DNA of 64,000 nucleotides from an uncultured Sphingomonas sp. (GCF_964235535.1 NZ_CAXSBH010000009.1:5087-69086), one strand, 5' to 3'; numbered from the stretch's first letter, positions 43,464 through 53,091 are shown. Translations and numbers: made by a program. The notes: generated by a model not told the origin, from the letters alone.

Positions 43464-43660
43464 CGCGGGCGGAGCGCCTCGCTCGCCAGCGCGGCGGTGG
43501 CGAACGCCCGCTGCCCCTGGACGCTCCAGTATCGCAGGTCGCCCAGCGCGATCCGCGCGCCCGACACCGCGCATAGCACATGGTCGCCGGGTGCGAGCAC
43601 ACGGAAGCCGTTGGCCATGTAATGCAGCCGCGCGGGGCGGTCGGTGTTGGACATCAGCAT
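43460..43660 (-). CDS. DUF2093-family small protein
   Basis: ARLHYMANGFRVLAPGDHVLCAVSGARIALGDLRYWSV matches the alphaproteobacterial DUF2093 pattern. Its stop overlaps the M23 start (ATGA). Confidence 0.65.
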   Translation of the reverse strand: MLMSNTDRPARLHYMANGFRVLAPGDHVLCAVSGARIALGDLRYWSVQGQRAFATAALASEALRPR

Positions 43661-43677
43661 GCGCGGGTTCCGTCCGG

Positions 43678-45060
43678 TCAGAGCAGCGAGGGCTGTTCGG
43701 GTCGGCTAACAGGATAGGGCCGCCCGCCCCCACGCTCAAGCCGCCCGCCGATCTGCGCCTCCACCGCGCCGTCGTGGAAATGCAGCGTCACCGCCCCGGC
43801 CGCGCGCGCCGCGCCCGCGTCCACCAACGTCTCGCCGCCCCGCGCCGTCACGCGGGCATAGCCGCGCTCCAGCACCCGCTGCGGGCTGAGCGATCCGACC
43901 AGCCGCCAGGTCGCGTCGAGCGCCGACCGCGCACCCTCGATGCGTCGCTCGAGCACCGCCGGACGCAGCGCGCCGCCCGCCCTGTCGAGCACGCCGCGCG
44001 CGAGCGCCACCCGCCGCTCGAGCCCCCGGTCGAGCCTGAGCCCCAACTCGTCCGCGCGCTGGCGCTGCGGCCCGAGCAGCGCGTCGCGCCTGGGCATCAC
44101 CCGCGCGAGCGCCTCCAGCCGCTCGCGCCCGCGCTCGACATACCGCCGGGCGCACCGCTCGGTCCGCCCGCCATGGCTCGCGATGGTGAGGCGCAGGTCG
44201 GCGAGCACGGGCACCGCGATCTCGGCGGCGGCGGTCGGGGTCGGCGCGCGCAGGTCGGCGGCGTGGTCGCACAAGGTGGTGTCGGTCTCGTGCCCCACCG
44301 CCGAGATGACGGGGATGCGGCACTCGGCGACCGCGCGCACGACGACCTCCTCGTTGAACGACCAGAGGTCCTCGACCGACCCGCCCCCGCGCGCGACGAT
44401 GAGGAGGTCGGGACGCGGCACCGGCCCGCCCTCCCCTAAAGCGTCGAACCCCCGCACCGCCGCCGCGATCTCGGCCGCCGATCCCTCGCCCTGCACCTTG
44501 ACCGGCCAGACCACGACGTGCGTCGGGCAGCGGTCCTCCAGCCGGTGGAGGATGTCGCGGATCACCGCCCCCGTCGGCGAGGTCACGACCCCGATCACGC
44601 GCGGCAGGTAAGGCAGCGGCTTCTTGGCCGCGCGGTCGAACAGCCCCTCGCCCGCCAGCTTCACGCGCAATTTGTCGAGCAGCGCCATCAGCGCGCCCGC
44701 CCCCGCCAGCTCCATCCGCTCGATGACGATCTGGTATTTGGAGCGCCCCGGATAGGTGGTGAGCTTGCCGGTCGCGATCACCTCCACGCCGTCCTGCGGC
44801 TGGAACGCGAGGCCCAACGCCTGCCCCTTCCAGATCACCCCGTCGATCACCGCGCTCTCGTCCTTGAGCGCCAGATACGCGTGCCCCGACGCGACGCGCT
44901 TATAGCCGGATATCTCGCCGCGCAGCCGCACATGGCCGAACTCGCCCTCGACCACGCGCCTCAGCTTGCCCGCCAACTCGCCCACGGTCAGCGTCAGCGC
45001 GTTGTCGCCGGGAACGGGCTCGGCTACCAGCCGGGACGCATCGGGATAGGGGGAAGCCAT
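43678..45060 (-). CDS. xseA: Exodeoxyribonuclease VII large subunit
   Basis: It has an OB-fold N-terminus ([31 protein letters not shown]), the catalytic core ([19 protein letters not shown]) and a coiled-coil C-terminus. Confidence 0.9.
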   Translation of the reverse strand: MASPYPDASRLVAEPVPGDNALTLTVGELAGKLRRVVEGEFGHVRLRGEISGYKRVASGHAYLALKDESAVIDGVIWKGQALGLAFQPQDGVEVIATGKLTTYPGRSKYQIVIERMELAGAGALMALLDKLRVKLAGEGLFDRAAKKPLPYLPRVIGVVTSPTGAVIRDILHRLEDRCPTHVVVWPVKVQGEGSAAEIAAAVRGFDALGEGGPVPRPDLLIVARGGGSVEDLWSFNEEVVVRAVAECRIPVISAVGHETDTTLCDHAADLRAPTPTAAAEIAVPVLADLRLTIASHGGRTERCARRYVERGRERLEALARVMPRRDALLGPQRQRADELGLRLDRGLERRVALARGVLDRAGGALRPAVLERRIEGARSALDATWRLVGSLSPQRVLERGYARVTARGGETLVDAGAARAAGAVTLHFHDGAVEAQIGGRLERGGGRPYPVSRPEQPSLL

Positions 45061-46345
45061 GAACGTCCTGCTCTTGGGATCGGGAGGCCGCGAGCACGCG
45101 CTCGCCTGGAAGCTCGCCCGGTCGCCGAGCTTAGGTACGCTCTACGCCGCGCCAGGCAACCCCGGGATTGCGCGTCATGCCCGACTGGTCGCGCTCGACG
45201 CCGCCGACCATGTCGCCGTCGTCGGTTTCGCGCGCGATCACGGAGTCGGCCTGGTGGTCATCGGCCCCGAAGCCCCGCTCGTGGACGGCCTGGCCGACTC
45301 CTTGCGCGCGGCCGACATCCCGGTTTTCGGACCGTCGGCGGGGGCGGCCCAGCTCGAAGGGTCGAAGGGTTTCACCAAGGACCTGTGCGCGCGCGCCGGC
45401 ATCCCCACCGCGGGCTACCTGCGCGTCCGCACCCGCGCCGAAGCGGACGCCGCGCTCGCCACCACCTTTTCGCTTCCCGTCGTCATCAAGGCCGACGGGC
45501 TCGCGGCGGGCAAGGGCGTGACGATCGCCTACACCCCCACCGAAGCCGCCGCCGCGCTCGACATCCTGTTCGACGGACCGGGTGAGGCGGTGATCGAGGA
45601 GTTCCTCGACGGCGAGGAGGCGAGCCTTTTCGTCCTGACCGACGGGACCGCGACCATGCCCTTCGGCTCGGCGCAGGACCACAAGCGCGTCGGCGAGGGC
45701 GACACCGGCCCCAACACCGGCGGCATGGGCGCCTACAGCCCCGCGCGCGTGCTCACCCCCGAGCTCCAGGCCCGCGCGCTCGCCGAGATCGTCGAGCCCA
45801 CGCTTGCCGCGATGCGCGACGCGGGCACGCCCTTCTCCGGCGTGCTCTATGCCGGGCTGATGCTCACGCCGGCAGGCCCCAAGCTCATCGAGTACAACGC
45901 GCGGTACGGCGATCCGGAGGCGCAAGCGGTCCTGCCCCGCTTCGACGGCGACCTGCTGGTGGTGATGCTCGCCACGGCAGAGGGCCGCCTGGGCGAGCTG
46001 CCGCCCGCCCGCTTCATCCCCGAAACCGCGCTGACGGTCGTCGTCGCCGCCCGGGGCTATCCAGCAACGCCCGTAACCGGCGGCCGGATCGACGGGATCG
46101 AGCGCGCGGAGGCGACGGGCGCGCTCGTCTTCCACGCCGGCACGAGCGCCGAGGGGGAAGCGCTGGTCGCCTCCGGCGGTCGCGTCCTCGCCATCACCAC
46201 GCTGGGCGACGGCGCGGCGCAGGCGCAGGCGCAGGCCTACCGAGCGGTCGACGCGATCGACTTTCCGGGCGGCTTCCATCGCCGCGACATCGGCTGGCGC
46301 GAGGTCGCGCGCGAACGCGGCCAAGTCGGTGGTCGCTTAAGCTGA
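45059..46345 (+). CDS. purD: Phosphoribosylamine--glycine ligase
   Basis: [19 protein letters not shown], an ATP-grasp core and [11 protein letters not shown] are all present. Confidence 0.95.
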   Translation: MNVLLLGSGGREHALAWKLARSPSLGTLYAAPGNPGIARHARLVALDAADHVAVVGFARDHGVGLVVIGPEAPLVDGLADSLRAADIPVFGPSAGAAQLEGSKGFTKDLCARAGIPTAGYLRVRTRAEADAALATTFSLPVVIKADGLAAGKGVTIAYTPTEAAAALDILFDGPGEAVIEEFLDGEEASLFVLTDGTATMPFGSAQDHKRVGEGDTGPNTGGMGAYSPARVLTPELQARALAEIVEPTLAAMRDAGTPFSGVLYAGLMLTPAGPKLIEYNARYGDPEAQAVLPRFDGDLLVVMLATAEGRLGELPPARFIPETALTVVVAARGYPATPVTGGRIDGIERAEATGALVFHAGTSAEGEALVASGGRVLAITTLGDGAAQAQAQAYRAVDAIDFPGGFHRRDIGWREVARERGQVGGRLS

Positions 46346-46430
46346 CGCGCCCGGCGCAACCGGCGCGGCGGACGGGGGTTGATGCGGAATGCGGATACGG
46401 GCCGAAGGCTCGCCGCCTGAAGGAACCTCG

Positions 46431-47075
46431 ATGGCCATCACCCCGCCCGGCGCCGGCGCGTTCACCACCTTCCACTTCGTCATCCTGGCGCTCCTCATCC
46501 TCGCCACGCTGGCGCTGATCGCGGTCGGCATCGCCCGCTCGCGCGCCCGCCGCGCGGCCGAGCGGCGCGCAGAGGCCGAGGCGGATGCTGCGGGAGCCTT
46601 CGAGGCGACCGAAGCGCCGCCGCCATCCGATCCGGCGCCGCCGCTCGCCCGCCCCGTCCCGCCGGAGCCCGCGCCCCTAACTTCCCCGATACGCCCGGAA
46701 GCGTTCAAGCCGACCGAGCCCCATCCGATCCCCCTCGCCCGCGAACGCATCGTCGCACCCGCATCGATCGAGGCGATCCCCGCGACACCCGCCGACCCGG
46801 TACCTGCGGCGCCGTCGCCCGCGGTTCCCTCACCCACGGACGGCGCGGTCACGCAGCTGAAGGGGCTAGGCCCCAAGGTCGCGACGCGGCTGGCCGAGCT
46901 GGGACTGTCGTCGGTCGGCCAGATCGCCGCACTCGACGCCGACGAGGCGGCGGCGGTGGATGCGCAGCTCGGGCCGTTCTCGGGGAGGCTGCACAGGGAC
47001 CGGTGGGTGGAGCAGGCCCGCTTCCTGGCGGCGGGCGATACCAAAGGCTTCGAGGCCGTTTTCGGACGTCTTTGA
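46431..47075 (+). CDS. Membrane-anchored proline-rich protein with C-terminal helix-hairpin-helix-like domain
   Basis: It has one TM (FHFVILALLILATLALIAVGIA), a Pro/Ala-rich linker and a C-terminal LKGLGPKVATRLAELGLSSVGQIAAL. The start is provisional (46389 or 46431). Confidence 0.5.
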   Translation: MAITPPGAGAFTTFHFVILALLILATLALIAVGIARSRARRAAERRAEAEADAAGAFEATEAPPPSDPAPPLARPVPPEPAPLTSPIRPEAFKPTEPHPIPLARERIVAPASIEAIPATPADPVPAAPSPAVPSPTDGAVTQLKGLGPKVATRLAELGLSSVGQIAALDADEAAAVDAQLGPFSGRLHRDRWVEQARFLAAGDTKGFEAVFGRL

Positions 47076-47100
47076 CGGCACCGGCCCAGCCACATTCAAA

Positions 47101-47237
47101 CCCTCTCCCGCTTTCGCGGGAGAGGGACAGGCGCGGTACGCGCCAGGGTGAGGGTCGGACCTCTCGCCGTGCAGGCCCGCCCCTCACCCTCGCCACGCTG
47201 CGCGTGTCTTTCCCTCTCCCGCAAAGGCGGGAGAGGG
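47101..47237. repeat. REP/MITE-like nested-palindrome intergenic element, copy 1
   Basis: The terminal hairpins are CCCTCTCCCG-CTTTCG-CGGGAGAGGG (47101-47126) and CCCTCTCCCGC-AAAG-GCGGGAGAGGG (47212-47237). Internal palindromes are GGCGCG-GTA-CGCGCC and AGGGTGAGGG...CCCTCACCCT. The first ~60 nt are near-identical to 50455-50513. Confidence 0.8.
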
Positions 47238-47249
47238 TCGAGTGCAAGC

Positions 47250-48188
47250 CTAAATCGACCGAAGCCACGCCGCGACATCGGCCGCCGATCGATCGGGCGC
47301 TTCCTCCATCGAGAGGTGGCCGATGCCCGGATATACGATCAGCCGCGAGCCGGGGATCGTCCGCGCGAACCAGCGCCCGGCAGACACCGGGATCAGCTTG
47401 TCCTCCGCGCCCCACAGGATCAGCGTCGGCACCCGCAGCCTGCCGAGCGCGTCGGGATCGGCCACGTTGCGCGCCGTCGCGCCGCGCCGTGCGGTCGCGT
47501 CCCGGTTGCCCGGATAGAGCAGAAGCTCGTGGTAGCGATCGATCATCGCATCGTCGATCACGGCCTGGTTGCTCACCGACTGGCGGACGCTCCTCTCGAC
47601 CAGACCGCGCGGCGTGATCACCCGCGCCAGCCTGTTGATCCCCGGCGTCCGGGCGATGCGAAACCCGATGGGCAGCGCGGTCGGCTCGGCGTCGGGCGGG
47701 CCGCTGGCATCGACGAGGATCAGCGCCGAGAGCTTGTCCGGATGCGCGAGCGCGTAGTTCCATGCCACCCAGCCGCCCATCGAATTGCCCGCCAGGGCGA
47801 AGCGGGCGACGCCCATCCGGGTCAGCGCCTTGTCGAGCGTTCCGACGAAGGCCGCGCTCGAGTAATCGGCCGCGGGGTTCGGCCCGGTGAGGCCATGCCC
47901 GATCTGGTCGACGTTGATGATGCGATAGGTGCCGCCGAGCCGCTCCGCCCACGGCTCCCAGGTGTGGAGCGACGAGTTGGAACCGTGAAGCAGCACCGGG
48001 CCGTCGCGCTTGCCCTCATTGCGGACGTGCATCGCCAAGCCGCCGCCGACATCCACGAACCTAGAGGCTGCGTTCATGTATTTGGCGCGCAACGACGCCG
48101 CATCGCCGTCGGGAGCGTAGCCCCAGGCGAACAGCAGCGCGACCGCCAGGATGACGAGGAGCGCCAGTCCCTTGAGAACGCGTTTCAT
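47250..48188 (-). CDS. Alpha/beta-fold hydrolase with N-terminal membrane anchor/signal
   Basis: It has HGSNSSLHTWEPW and the nucleophile elbow GNSMGG, with a C-terminal His region (GIGHLSMEE). Confidence 0.8.
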   Translation of the reverse strand: MKRVLKGLALLVILAVALLFAWGYAPDGDAASLRAKYMNAASRFVDVGGGLAMHVRNEGKRDGPVLLHGSNSSLHTWEPWAERLGGTYRIINVDQIGHGLTGPNPAADYSSAAFVGTLDKALTRMGVARFALAGNSMGGWVAWNYALAHPDKLSALILVDASGPPDAEPTALPIGFRIARTPGINRLARVITPRGLVERSVRQSVSNQAVIDDAMIDRYHELLLYPGNRDATARRGATARNVADPDALGRLRVPTLILWGAEDKLIPVSAGRWFARTIPGSRLIVYPGIGHLSMEEAPDRSAADVAAWLRSI

Positions 48189-48319
48189 ATCCCGCTTCCC
48201 CGATCAATCGCGGCTTACTGATACTCTCCTCAGCTGACGCGGGAGTAAATCCCGCGTCATCGGTCGCGGCTTTCGGCCGCGCCGGCCGGGTGAGCGTGGA
48301 GGGCATGGCCGCTTCGCGG

Positions 48320-49624
48320 CTAACCTTCCACGCTCACCAGCAGCTTGTCGATCCGCCGCCCATCCAGGTCAACCACCTCGAACCGCCAGCCCTGCAGCGC
48401 GAAGCTCTCTCCCTCGCCCGGCAGATGCTTGAACACCGACAGCGCCAGCCCCGCCACCGTCGCGTAATCCCGGTCCTCGGGCAGATGCAGCCCCAGCCGG
48501 TCCGCCAGCGTATCGGCCGCGGTCGTCCCCGCCACCAGCAGCGATCCATCGTCGCGCTCGACCACCGACGGCGCGTCGCCCGGGTCGGTGTCCGACAGGA
48601 AATCGCCCGCGATCGCCGCCAGCAGGTCGGCGGGCGTCACGATCCCCTCGAAATGCCCGTACTCGTCGTGGATCATCGCCATCGGCACCTCCGCGCGGCG
48701 GAGCGCATCGAGCACGTCCATCGCGTCGATCCGGTCGATCACCACCGGCGCCTTGCGCAGCAAGCGGTGTAGATCGAGCGTTTCGCCCCGGATCAGCGCG
48801 CCGACGATGTCGCGCGCCTGCACCACGCCCTCGACCGCGTCGATCGACCCGCGCGCCACCGGCAACCGCGTGTGCGGCGTCGCCAGCAGCGTGGCGCGGA
48901 TCGCGTCCGGCCCTGCATCCAGATCGATCCAGTCGATCTCGGTACGCGGCGTCATCACCTCGCGCACCGGCCGGTCGGCGAGCCTGACCACCCCCGAGAT
49001 GATCGATCGCTCATGCTCGTCGATCACCCCCGACTTCGACGCCTCGGCGACGACGTGGTGGATCTCCTCGGCGGTCACGTGCTCCTCCGCGTCGCGGTCC
49101 AAGCGGAGCAGGTGGAAGATCAACGCGCTGCTCCGGTCGAGCAACCATACCAGCGGCGCGGTGACGACCGCGAGATAGCGCATCGGCAAGGCAATGGCGC
49201 TCGCGATCCCCTCGGGCTTGCGGAGCGCGAACTGCTTGGGCACCAGCTCGCCGATCATCAGCGACGCATAGGTCGTCAGCGCGATCACCAGGACGTATCC
49301 GGCCGTCCCCGCCGCCTCTCGTGACAGCCCCAGCAACTCCAGCCGTGCCGCCGTCGGCCCGCCCAGGCTCGCCCCCGAATAGGCACCCGCGACGATGCCG
49401 ATCAGCGTGATGCCGATCTGCACGGTGGACAGGAACTTCGACGGGTCCGCCGCCAGCGCCAGCGCCGCGCGCGGGCCGCGCTTGCCGCCGCGCGCCATTG
49501 CCTCCAGCCGGGCTTTGCGCGCCGACACGATCGCCAGCTCGCTCATCGCGAACACGCCATTCAGCGCGACCAGCGCCGCGATGATCAGGACGTCGATCCA
49601 GGGGAAAGGAGGAAGCGGTGCCAT
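48320..49624 (-). CDS. Hemolysin-family / CNNM-type transporter-associated protein (DUF21-CBS-CorC_HlyC)
   Basis: It has the N-terminal four-TM DUF21 domain (LNGVFAMSELAIVSARKARLE), a CBS pair and a C-terminal CorC_HlyC-like domain. Confidence 0.85.
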   Translation of the reverse strand: MAPLPPFPWIDVLIIAALVALNGVFAMSELAIVSARKARLEAMARGGKRGPRAALALAADPSKFLSTVQIGITLIGIVAGAYSGASLGGPTAARLELLGLSREAAGTAGYVLVIALTTYASLMIGELVPKQFALRKPEGIASAIALPMRYLAVVTAPLVWLLDRSSALIFHLLRLDRDAEEHVTAEEIHHVVAEASKSGVIDEHERSIISGVVRLADRPVREVMTPRTEIDWIDLDAGPDAIRATLLATPHTRLPVARGSIDAVEGVVQARDIVGALIRGETLDLHRLLRKAPVVIDRIDAMDVLDALRRAEVPMAMIHDEYGHFEGIVTPADLLAAIAGDFLSDTDPGDAPSVVERDDGSLLVAGTTAADTLADRLGLHLPEDRDYATVAGLALSVFKHLPGEGESFALQGWRFEVVDLDGRRIDKLLVSVEG

Positions 49625-49764
49625 CGGCGGGAGAAGCCCCGTTTGGCCGCATCCGATCCGGCGCGCAACCGCCTTAGAACGATGCCCTGCCGAAACGATC
49701 GGGGCCGGAACGATCGGGGCCGCACCGGTGTTGTCGCGGCTCCATTCCCGTAGGAGCGTACCCC

Positions 49765-50445
49765 ATGACCACCCCCTCCAAACTGCTGTCCGGCCTGTCC
49801 GCGCTCGCGCTGCTCGGCGCGACCGCCTGCACCACCGACCCGGAGACGGGCGAGCGGCGCATCTCGCGCGCGGCGATCGGCGGCATCGGCGGCGTGGTCG
49901 GCGGTTATCTGCTCGGCGACCTCGTCGGCGGCCGCCGCGACCGGACGGAGAAGATCGTGGGCGCGGGCATCGGCGGCCTCGCGGGCGCGGGCATCGGCGC
50001 GTATATGGACCGCCAGGAGCAGGAGCTGCGCCGCCGCACCGCGGGCACCGACGTCCAGGTCATTCGCCAGGGCGACGATCTGATCCTGAACATCCCGTCG
50101 GGCATCAACTTCGCCTACAATTCGGCCGACGTGCAGCCGCAGTTCCAGCGTACGCTCGACCAGGTCGCGGGCACCCTGTCCGAGTATAACCAGACCTATC
50201 TCGACGTGTACGGCCACACCGACGCGACGGGCACCGACGCGTACAACCAGACGCTGTCGCAGCGTCGCGCCGTCGCCGTCGCCGACTACCTGTCGTCGCG
50301 CGGCGTCCAGCCCGTCCGCCTGGGGACCCGCGGCTTCGGCGAAGGCCAGCCGATCGCCTCCAACGACACCGACGAAGGCCGCGCTGCCAACCGCCGCGTC
50401 GAGATCAAGATCGTCCCGGTCACCCAAAACGACGCGCGGGGGTGA
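49765..50445 (+). CDS. OmpA-family peptidoglycan-associated lipoprotein with glycine zipper
   Basis: It has a lipobox-like LLGATAC, the glycine zipper GGIGGVVGGYLLG...GAGIGGLAGAGIGAY, and an OmpA_C domain (GHTDATGTDAYNQTLSQRRAVAVADYL, NRRVEI). Confidence 0.85.
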   Translation: MTTPSKLLSGLSALALLGATACTTDPETGERRISRAAIGGIGGVVGGYLLGDLVGGRRDRTEKIVGAGIGGLAGAGIGAYMDRQEQELRRRTAGTDVQVIRQGDDLILNIPSGINFAYNSADVQPQFQRTLDQVAGTLSEYNQTYLDVYGHTDATGTDAYNQTLSQRRAVAVADYLSSRGVQPVRLGTRGFGEGQPIASNDTDEGRAANRRVEIKIVPVTQNDARG

Positions 50446-50454
50446 TCGCTAAAA

Positions 50455-50583
50455 CCCTCTCCCGCCTTCGCGGGAGAGGGACAGGCGCGTAGCGCCAGGG
50501 TGAGGGTCGGACCTTCCCGAAGAAGTGCCCTCATCCGACTTCGCTACGCTCAGCCACCTTCTCCCGCAAAAGCGGGAGAAGGG
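50455..50583. repeat. REP/MITE-like nested-palindrome intergenic element, copy 2
   Basis: It consists of CCCTCTCCCG-CCTTCG-CGGGAGAGGG (50455-50480), the shared ACAGGCGCG..GCGCCAGGGTGAGGGTCGGACC, and the terminal hairpin CCTTCTCCCGC-AAAA-GCGGGAGAAGG (50557-50582). It lies between convergent genes. Confidence 0.8.
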
Positions 50584-50588
50584 TCGTC

Positions 50589-51038
50589 TCACCGCCTCCC
50601 CGCGAAGAAGCCCCTTAGCAGCGCCCCCGCCTCCCGCTCTCCCAGGCCGCCATACACCTCCGGCCGGTGGTGGCACGTCTCCCGCGCGAACACCCGCGCG
50701 CCATGCTCCACCCCGCCCCCCTTGGGATCGCCCGCCCCGTAATAGAGCCGCGCGATCCGCGACAGCGCGATCGCGCCCGCGCACATCGCGCACGGCTCCA
50801 GCGTCACCCACAGATCGCACCCCTCCAGCCGGTCGCTCCCGAGCAGCGCCGCGCCCTCACGGATCACCCGCATCTCGGCATGCGCGGTCGGATCGCGGAG
50901 CCGGCGCGGCGCGTTGCCCGCCGCCGCAATCACTTCGCCGTTCAGCATCAGCACCGCCCCGACGGGCACCTCCCCCGCATCCGCGGCGGCGCGCGCTTGG
51001 GCCAGCGCCAGGCGCATCGGTTCGGGGAGGGAGAACAC
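50589..51038 (-). CDS. tadA: tRNA adenosine(34) deaminase
   Basis: It has the CDA zinc motifs HAEM and PCAMCAGA. The 149-aa length fits. Confidence 0.9.
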   Translation of the reverse strand: MFSLPEPMRLALAQARAAADAGEVPVGAVLMLNGEVIAAAGNAPRRLRDPTAHAEMRVIREGAALLGSDRLEGCDLWVTLEPCAMCAGAIALSRIARLYYGAGDPKGGGVEHGARVFARETCHHRPEVYGGLGEREAGALLRGFFAGRR

Positions 51039-51148
51039 GCCGCATCCGGTGGGCCGGTGCGACCGGGCACGTCAAGCGTGGTTGACCTCGCCCCCATGCA
51101 GGGCTACCCGCCCACGCTTTCCGATAAGATATACCCAGGACGAACATC

Positions 51149-51445
51149 ATGTCGCGCATCTGCGAGCTGACCGGCAAGACCCGGATGGTGGGGAACAACG
51201 TATCCCATGCCAACAACAAGACCAAGCGCACCTTCCTGCCCAACCTGCAGAACGTGACGCTCCTGTCCGACTCGCTCGACCGCCCCGTGCGCCTGCGCGT
51301 CTCGGCGCACGGCCTGCGCTCGGTCGAGCATAATGGCGGCCTCGACAACTGGCTGGTCAAGACGTCGAACGAGAAGCTCTCGCTCCGCGCGCGCCGACTG
51401 AAGCGGGATGTCGTGAAGAAACTGGCCGTAGCCCAAGGCGCGTAA
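51149..51445 (+). CDS. rpmB: 50S ribosomal protein L28
   Basis: The sequence begins [34 protein letters not shown]. Confidence 0.95.
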   Translation: MSRICELTGKTRMVGNNVSHANNKTKRTFLPNLQNVTLLSDSLDRPVRLRVSAHGLRSVEHNGGLDNWLVKTSNEKLSLRARRLKRDVVKKLAVAQGA

Positions 51446-51520
51446 GCGAGCTTACGCGCCGGTGCGCGCCGATAGGCGCGCATGGGCCGGCCCGGCCGGC
51501 GGGTAGGCGGCGAAGCCGAA

Positions 51521-52603
51521 CTAGCCCGTCCGACGTCTAGCGGCGACTTTGCCGTCGCCCTCTCGATCCAGCCGAAACTTCAGCAGCAACGTCCGCTGCA
51601 CCGGCAGCTGATTGTCGTCGGATACCAGCCACACCACTATCGCCCCGCCTTCCTGCGCGACTGCGATCCCTTCGAAATTGTCGGTCAGCAGCGGCGGGAC
51701 CAGCCGCGCGACCGTGCGCCCGCTCACCACCGCCCCCGCCCGCACCGCCCCCATTTCCCTCGCGCTGGGCGCGACCAGCGCCACCCGCGTCCGCCACCGG
51801 AACGGCAGGGCGAACCGCCGCTCGAGCACGAGCAGCCGCCCATCCGGCAGCTCGGCCATGTCGACGGGGTGGTGCCCCCGCTCGGGCCGGTAGCTGAAGC
51901 GGGCGATCCGCGTCGTCCGCCCCGTCGGATCGCCTGCGAAGATCAGCCCCACCCGCGTCTCCGGCCGCCGACCGTCCACCCCGCGCGGCGGACGGCGCGT
52001 CTCCGAGATCGCCAGGAAGCGCCCGTCCCGCAGCCGCGTCATGCTCTCCGCCCCGCCCGCCTCCGGCCAGCGCGCCATCGGTCCCGACCGCCGCCACCGC
52101 TCCCCGCGCGCGAAGCCGGGGGCGTAGCGCCAGATCGCGTTGTCATTCTCGAACGCGACCCACATCCGCCCGGTGCGCGGGTCGATCGCCACCGCCTCCG
52201 AGTCCCGGTCGGACTTTCGCCATCCTGTTCCCGGCCCCGCCGGCAGTGGATCGAACCGCACGCCCCGTGGCCGCCAGTCCGCGCCCATCCGGAACCGCAG
52301 CAGGTTGCCGCCGTCGCTCAGCAGCGTGAAGCGCTCCCCGTCCACCAGCAACGCGGAGAAGCCGCCGAACGCCGGATCGTCGCTGCCAAGTGCCACCCCG
52401 CCCAAGAACGTCAGCGCGCCCACCCGCTTCATGGCGGGATCGTCCGGGTTCAGCGCGACCCGCTCGACCGTCAGCCGCGGCGCGTCGCCGGGCAGCTTGA
52501 GCCGCTCGTCCCCGGACCATCCGGGCACGATCAATAGGACGAGCAGCAGGGACAGGAACGCGCGCACCACGCGGCCCATAACCGCCGGTCGCCCGCGCGG
52601 CAC
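51521..52603 (-). CDS. Secreted esterase-like-activity-of-phytase family protein
   Basis: It has a signal/anchor and beta-propeller-like repeats, with GGFSALLVDG and LLSDGG segments as in phytase-like esterase family proteins. The last ~13 codons lie inside a short repeat also found at 53109-53165. Confidence 0.65.
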   Translation of the reverse strand: MPRGRPAVMGRVVRAFLSLLLVLLIVPGWSGDERLKLPGDAPRLTVERVALNPDDPAMKRVGALTFLGGVALGSDDPAFGGFSALLVDGERFTLLSDGGNLLRFRMGADWRPRGVRFDPLPAGPGTGWRKSDRDSEAVAIDPRTGRMWVAFENDNAIWRYAPGFARGERWRRSGPMARWPEAGGAESMTRLRDGRFLAISETRRPPRGVDGRRPETRVGLIFAGDPTGRTTRIARFSYRPERGHHPVDMAELPDGRLLVLERRFALPFRWRTRVALVAPSAREMGAVRAGAVVSGRTVARLVPPLLTDNFEGIAVAQEGGAIVVWLVSDDNQLPVQRTLLLKFRLDREGDGKVAARRRTG

Positions 52604-52717
52604 CCTTAACCGCGCATAACGGGCACATTCAGGATCAGGACAACGCGAATCACCTAGAACCTTTTCATCGGAGGCGAGGAAGTCGTCCCCGCGAAGTTCA
52701 AGCCAAGGAGTATCGGC

Positions 52718-53077
52718 ATGTTCAAGTCGCTATCGCTCGCCGCCGCAGCGCTCACCATGACCGCGGGCGCGCTCGTCCCCGCCACCGCCGACGCGCAATA
52801 TCGCGGCCGCGACCGTGGCTACAGCCAGTATGACCGGGGCTACGACGACCGGTATGAGGGCCGCCAGTACCGCGACCGCCGCAGCTACAGCCGCCGGGCC
52901 CAGGGCCGTTGCCGCTCGGGCGACACCGGCACGCTGGTCGGCGCGATCGCCGGCGGCCTCCTCGGCCGCACGATCGACACCCGCGGCGACCGCCTGCTCG
53001 GGACCGTGCTGGGCGCCGGTGGTGGCGCCTTGGCGGGGCGGGCGATCGAGCGCTCGTCCGATTGCGGTCGTCGCTGA
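52718..53077 (+). CDS. Secreted glycine-zipper protein, paralog of 1813..2118
   Basis: It shares the same architecture: a signal peptide ending ADAQ, a Tyr/Arg/Asp-rich stretch, then C...GTLVGAIAGGLLGRTIDTRGDRLLGTVLGAGGGALAGRAIE...C. Confidence 0.7.
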   Translation: MFKSLSLAAAALTMTAGALVPATADAQYRGRDRGYSQYDRGYDDRYEGRQYRDRRSYSRRAQGRCRSGDTGTLVGAIAGGLLGRTIDTRGDRLLGTVLGAGGGALAGRAIERSSDCGRR

Positions 53078-53091
53078 CGACCGCAATCGGA
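53057..53091. terminator. Perfect 16-bp hairpin spanning the stop codon of the glycine-zipper gene
   Basis: The hairpin is TCCGATTGCGGTCGTC-GCT-GACGACCGCAATCGGA. The 5' arm encodes the C-terminal SDCGRR. There is no T-tract. Confidence 0.5.
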
